Assembly (NCBI GenBank): GCA_000934665.2 | Contig: KZ538490.1 | Location: 115,943 to 135,942, forward strand | Direction: 5' to 3' | DNA: 20,000 nucleotides | Source of the DNA: Catajapyx aquilonaris | Taxonomy: Eukaryota | Translations under genes and position numbers: made by a program | Shown: one piece after another, positions 19,763-20,000 of the stretch | Position numbering within the stretch: position 1 is the stretch's first letter | How the letters are laid out: every line of letters begins with the position of its first letter | Notes under the pieces: generated by a model | Told to the model about the DNA's origin: nothing | Seen by the model: only the letters and a program-made list of their open reading frames with translations | Databases searched by the model: none

Positions 19763-20000
19763 CTGGATGGTTAAAAATGGGGACCCTAGTTTACATACTG
19801 TAGTTAAAAAGTTAATGAGAGTACAAAATGCGTCACAAGTTGCAGGACAATTCGCTCACAGCGCGCGCTTTGTCAAATTAATTCGCTCAGGTGCAATGAC
19901 TGTCTCAAAGACGATGTCCTTGCTGGCCCTTTTCATATATCGTCCTTCACACGACGTCACACATATCAGTGCCACCTCAGACACCAGCAACATGGCACGT

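Noticed and set aside
1..20000. Prokaryotic systems (CRISPR arrays, operons, defence islands)
   Set aside because: Sequence is clearly intron-containing animal DNA; no regularly spaced repeat-spacer array seen.

Overview
Animal (eukaryotic) genomic DNA with spliced genes and mostly short introns; the homeodomain sequence is Drosophila-onecut-like, suggesting an invertebrate, probably an arthropod or other protostome (inference). The window holds three genes. (1) The last intron, terminal coding exon (3888-4259) and a probable ~6 kb 3'UTR of a ONECUT homeobox gene (+). Its leaky-context UGA-C stop is followed by an in-frame, protein-like 35-codon extension, a strong stop-codon readthrough candidate, and the UTR carries tandem miR-9 sites. 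(2) An 8-exon, ~1016-aa multi-ankyrin gene (+, 11386-16339) built from phase-0 exon modules in an A-linker-B-A-B-A pattern. (3) A convergent receptor-type tyrosine phosphatase gene (-, 17417 to beyond 19588; FN3-TM-single PTP domain) with an intact catalytic Cys loop but degenerate pTyr, WPD and Q loops. Four small DNA-transposon MITEs (piggyBac-, Harbinger-, hAT-like and one unclassified) lie in introns, and a tRNA-derived SINE head lies between the convergent genes. Roughly 480-1640 looks like low-quality sequence around an N gap. All exon calls were made by eye from splice signals and frame continuity; no searches were run.
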